A stretch of 64,000 nucleotides of DNA from the IMG/VR virus record IMGVR_UViG_3300027844_001828, positions 1 through 64,000 of that record. One strand, written 5' to 3'. A program made the translations under genes and the position numbers. How positions within the stretch are numbered: the first letter of the stretch is position 1; each line of letters begins with the position of its first letter. The notes under the pieces were generated by a model. That model ran no database searches. It saw nothing but the letters and a program-made list of their open reading frames with translations, and was not told where the DNA came from. Positions 62,260 through 64,000 of this stretch are shown here, one piece after another.

Positions 62260-62941
62260 CACAGAACTCACAATTCCACAGACATCAAAAAAGCAATTAG
62301 AAAAAGTAGTAGGCAGTGACGAAGATTTAGAGAAATTTCTTTATGCACAAGTCAGCATCAATAATGATGGCCTATATTACGAATCTGATTGCGTAGTATG
62401 TTCCAGCCAGTACAGAAAAGAGTCAGAAGAAAAATGGCTCGACTCCAGGAACGCTGATGAAATCGTTACTTATTTCAAAGATAAGGGCGAACCAATTCCA
62501 AGATCGGTTGTAAAAAACCATATGGAATTCCACATTGATCAGAGCTATATTGAACTCCGTAAAAGAGAATACATAAAAAAAGTCATTTCTATGACCAATA
62601 TGCACCTCGATACTATAAGTAGAGTTGAGATGGCAATGTCGGCAATAAATGACCGTATCATAGCAATAAACGCTTCAGAAGAGCCAGCGTCATCACCTGT
62701 TGCTATAAACAAGATAAAAGCCGAGACCACATGTAAATTAGTCTCGTCAATGTCGAGTTTGTTACAATTGAGAGCCAATCTTTTGGGAGAAATGGCTGCT
62801 TCAGGGGAAGTGTTAACAATAAAGCAAGAAGATTTTTCTTCTATATTTGGAGACTCGTTGCAAAAGTTTAATTCAGAATCGGCGAGAGAAGCAATAAATT
62901 ATATCTTAGACAAGTTTGTCGAGGCAGCAAAAAAACAATAG
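62252..62941 (+). CDS. CxxC...HxxxH zinc/HTH protein with coiled coil, possibly small-terminase-like DNA-binding protein
   Basis: 'CVVCSSQYRKESEEKWL...IVTYF...VVKNHMEFH' followed by a helical region. Confidence 0.4.
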   Translation: MSNTELTIPQTSKKQLEKVVGSDEDLEKFLYAQVSINNDGLYYESDCVVCSSQYRKESEEKWLDSRNADEIVTYFKDKGEPIPRSVVKNHMEFHIDQSYIELRKREYIKKVISMTNMHLDTISRVEMAMSAINDRIIAINASEEPASSPVAINKIKAETTCKLVSSMSSLLQLRANLLGEMAASGEVLTIKQEDFSSIFGDSLQKFNSESAREAINYILDKFVEAAKKQ

Positions 62942-62951
62942 GAGAATAACG

Positions 62952-63335
62952 ATGGAAAATAACTTAAATGAAGAAGTCGAAGAGACATCCCCAGTAACAC
63001 TTGAAGCTGGAGAAGAACAGGTTGAAGAAGTCAAGGATATCCCTCTTGGAATTAGAGACATTAAAGCCTTGAAAAGAAACAAATACGACGATGTCAAAAA
63101 CAATTTTAATCAGGTTTTTGTGTTAAAGCATAAGACTGGGAAGATCGCGCAATTACAAGCGGCGAGCGATGCCCACGCATGCACGTTGATCGGATGGAGA
63201 CCGCGACAATGCAAGCTCATCACATCTTATGTAAAGTCTGCTGATGAGGAAGTTGATGTTCAAACTATTGACCCGTTGTTCACTCAGGGGTTCAAAGAAG
63301 AACCGGCTGTGTCCCCTGCCGCGTCAATTTCGTAG
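62952..63335 (+). CDS. Hypothetical protein
   Basis: GGAG SD before ATG 62952. Confidence 0.6.
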   Translation: MENNLNEEVEETSPVTLEAGEEQVEEVKDIPLGIRDIKALKRNKYDDVKNNFNQVFVLKHKTGKIAQLQAASDAHACTLIGWRPRQCKLITSYVKSADEEVDVQTIDPLFTQGFKEEPAVSPAASIS

Positions 63336-63413
63336 CTCAATAGAGGGAATAGGGCGGCGGCGCTTGAAAATAACCATATCAATTTTGATTAATAAATATT
63401 AAGGAGAATCCAG

Positions 63414-64000
63414 ATGTCTCAATATTGCAGAACTTCACTAACTATATCAGCAGAGATGATTAACCAGTATGTCGCCCAAGTCCTTGGCATTACCAGTTTA
63501 GACTTGGAAGGGACAGAACAGGAAAAGTCTGATCTGGAGAAGCAAATAGAAAGACTTATTGAAGCTTTTGCAACAGAGAGGGATGTCTCACCTACAAGGG
63601 TCACCACGAGAAGAGCCTTGAGAGAAGAATTCGTAAATAAATACGCCGCCAGTCTTGGGATGTTAACCGCTGATTTAGATGAGAAACTTCGAGAGATATC
63701 ACGAGATACGCCGCCAACCCTTATGGATTTGTTAAATACATATGCGCAAGGTAAGGGCGTCCCATTGGAATGTTTTTATGATCCCAACGGAATCACAGAT
63801 GAAAACTTTGCGCTTTGTGATGGGGCAGAAAAAGGAGCGTCTCAGACGGGGATGTATCATGGAACGTATTATGGGAACCTCAAAGAAACTGTGCAGAAGT
63901 CATCGCAATCTTCATTAACCGAAAACGATGAGGTTATTGATAAAGTATACCTTGCTATTCCACCATCAATCGGATCACAGATTTATGGACAGAGAATGCA
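63414..64000 (+). CDS. Hypothetical protein, 3' truncated by window (MSQYCRTSLTISAEMINQYVAQ...)
   Basis: AAGGAG SD; frame open from 63414 to the window end. It is absent from the ORF track because it has no stop codon in the window. Confidence 0.7.
   Translation, partial: MSQYCRTSLTISAEMINQYVAQVLGITSLDLEGTEQEKSDLEKQIERLIEAFATERDVSPTRVTTRRALREEFVNKYAASLGMLTADLDEKLREISRDTPPTLMDLLNTYAQGKGVPLECFYDPNGITDENFALCDGAEKGASQTGMYHGTYYGNLKETVQKSSQSSLTENDEVIDKVYLAIPPSIGSQIYGQRM

Noticed and set aside
63331-63370. 'GTAGCTCAATAGAG' resembles a tRNA D-arm
   Set aside because: There is no acceptor stem, anticodon arm or GTTCRA T-loop, and it overlaps a stop codon.
63364-63395. Possible fourth promoter (GCTTGAAA...)
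   Set aside because: There is no acceptable -10 box at 16-18 nt spacing.
1-64000. Alternative genetic code or stop-codon readthrough
   Set aside because: Genes are full length and tightly packed under the standard code, and all three stops are used at gene ends.
1-64000. CRISPR array, DGR template/variable repeats, IS elements, or a cellular chromosome origin for the window
   Set aside because: No spaced direct repeats, near-identical repeat pairs, reverse transcriptase or transposase were seen. The tail genes, single-strand gene packing and diverged replisome genes favour a phage over a cellular chromosome, though this needs the flanking sequence to confirm.

Overview
The window is a gene-dense, entirely + strand segment of what is most likely a jumbo tailed phage (Caudoviricetes) genome using the standard code (TAA, TAG and TGA all end long ORFs). 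Bases 1-31184 are a tail/baseplate module. It holds the C-terminus of a probable tape measure protein, a baseplate-hub-like protein and five very large virion-type proteins (1183-2759 aa). These are built from Asp-box/BNR and NHL propellers, Ig-like domains, a CBM-like domain, a cupredoxin-like domain, HxH motifs and a vWA domain. Two glycosyltransferases (GT4, GT2), an EVE-like/tandem-metallophosphoesterase fusion and a large HExxH protein follow (31199-37733). Bases 37750-60300 encode a bacterial-style replication and host-takeover region: SF2 helicase, a degenerate DnaC-like loader, DnaB, a stand-alone primase zinc-binding domain, dCMP deaminase, an HddA-like heptose kinase, a ClpA-like ATPase, DUF151-like and Nudix-like proteins, 5'-3' exonuclease, topoisomerase IA, DnaX, a SigH-like sigma factor, DnaN, HolA and RuvC. 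Unknown genes run to the end. The best leads are: (1) a possible virion glycosylation system (GT4, protein-type GT2, heptose kinase, Ser/Cys acceptor tracts); (2) a vWA domain interrupted by about 1460 aa; (3) an EVE-reader/phosphoesterase fusion; (4) a run of apparent pseudo-enzymes, including a ClpA with a dead second ATPase but an intact ClpP-docking loop; (5) phage-encoded Pol III clamp and clamp-loader genes with a SigH gene embedded among them. All family calls come from motif recognition by eye; no database searches were run. I saw no tRNA, rRNA, CRISPR array, intein or mobile element.
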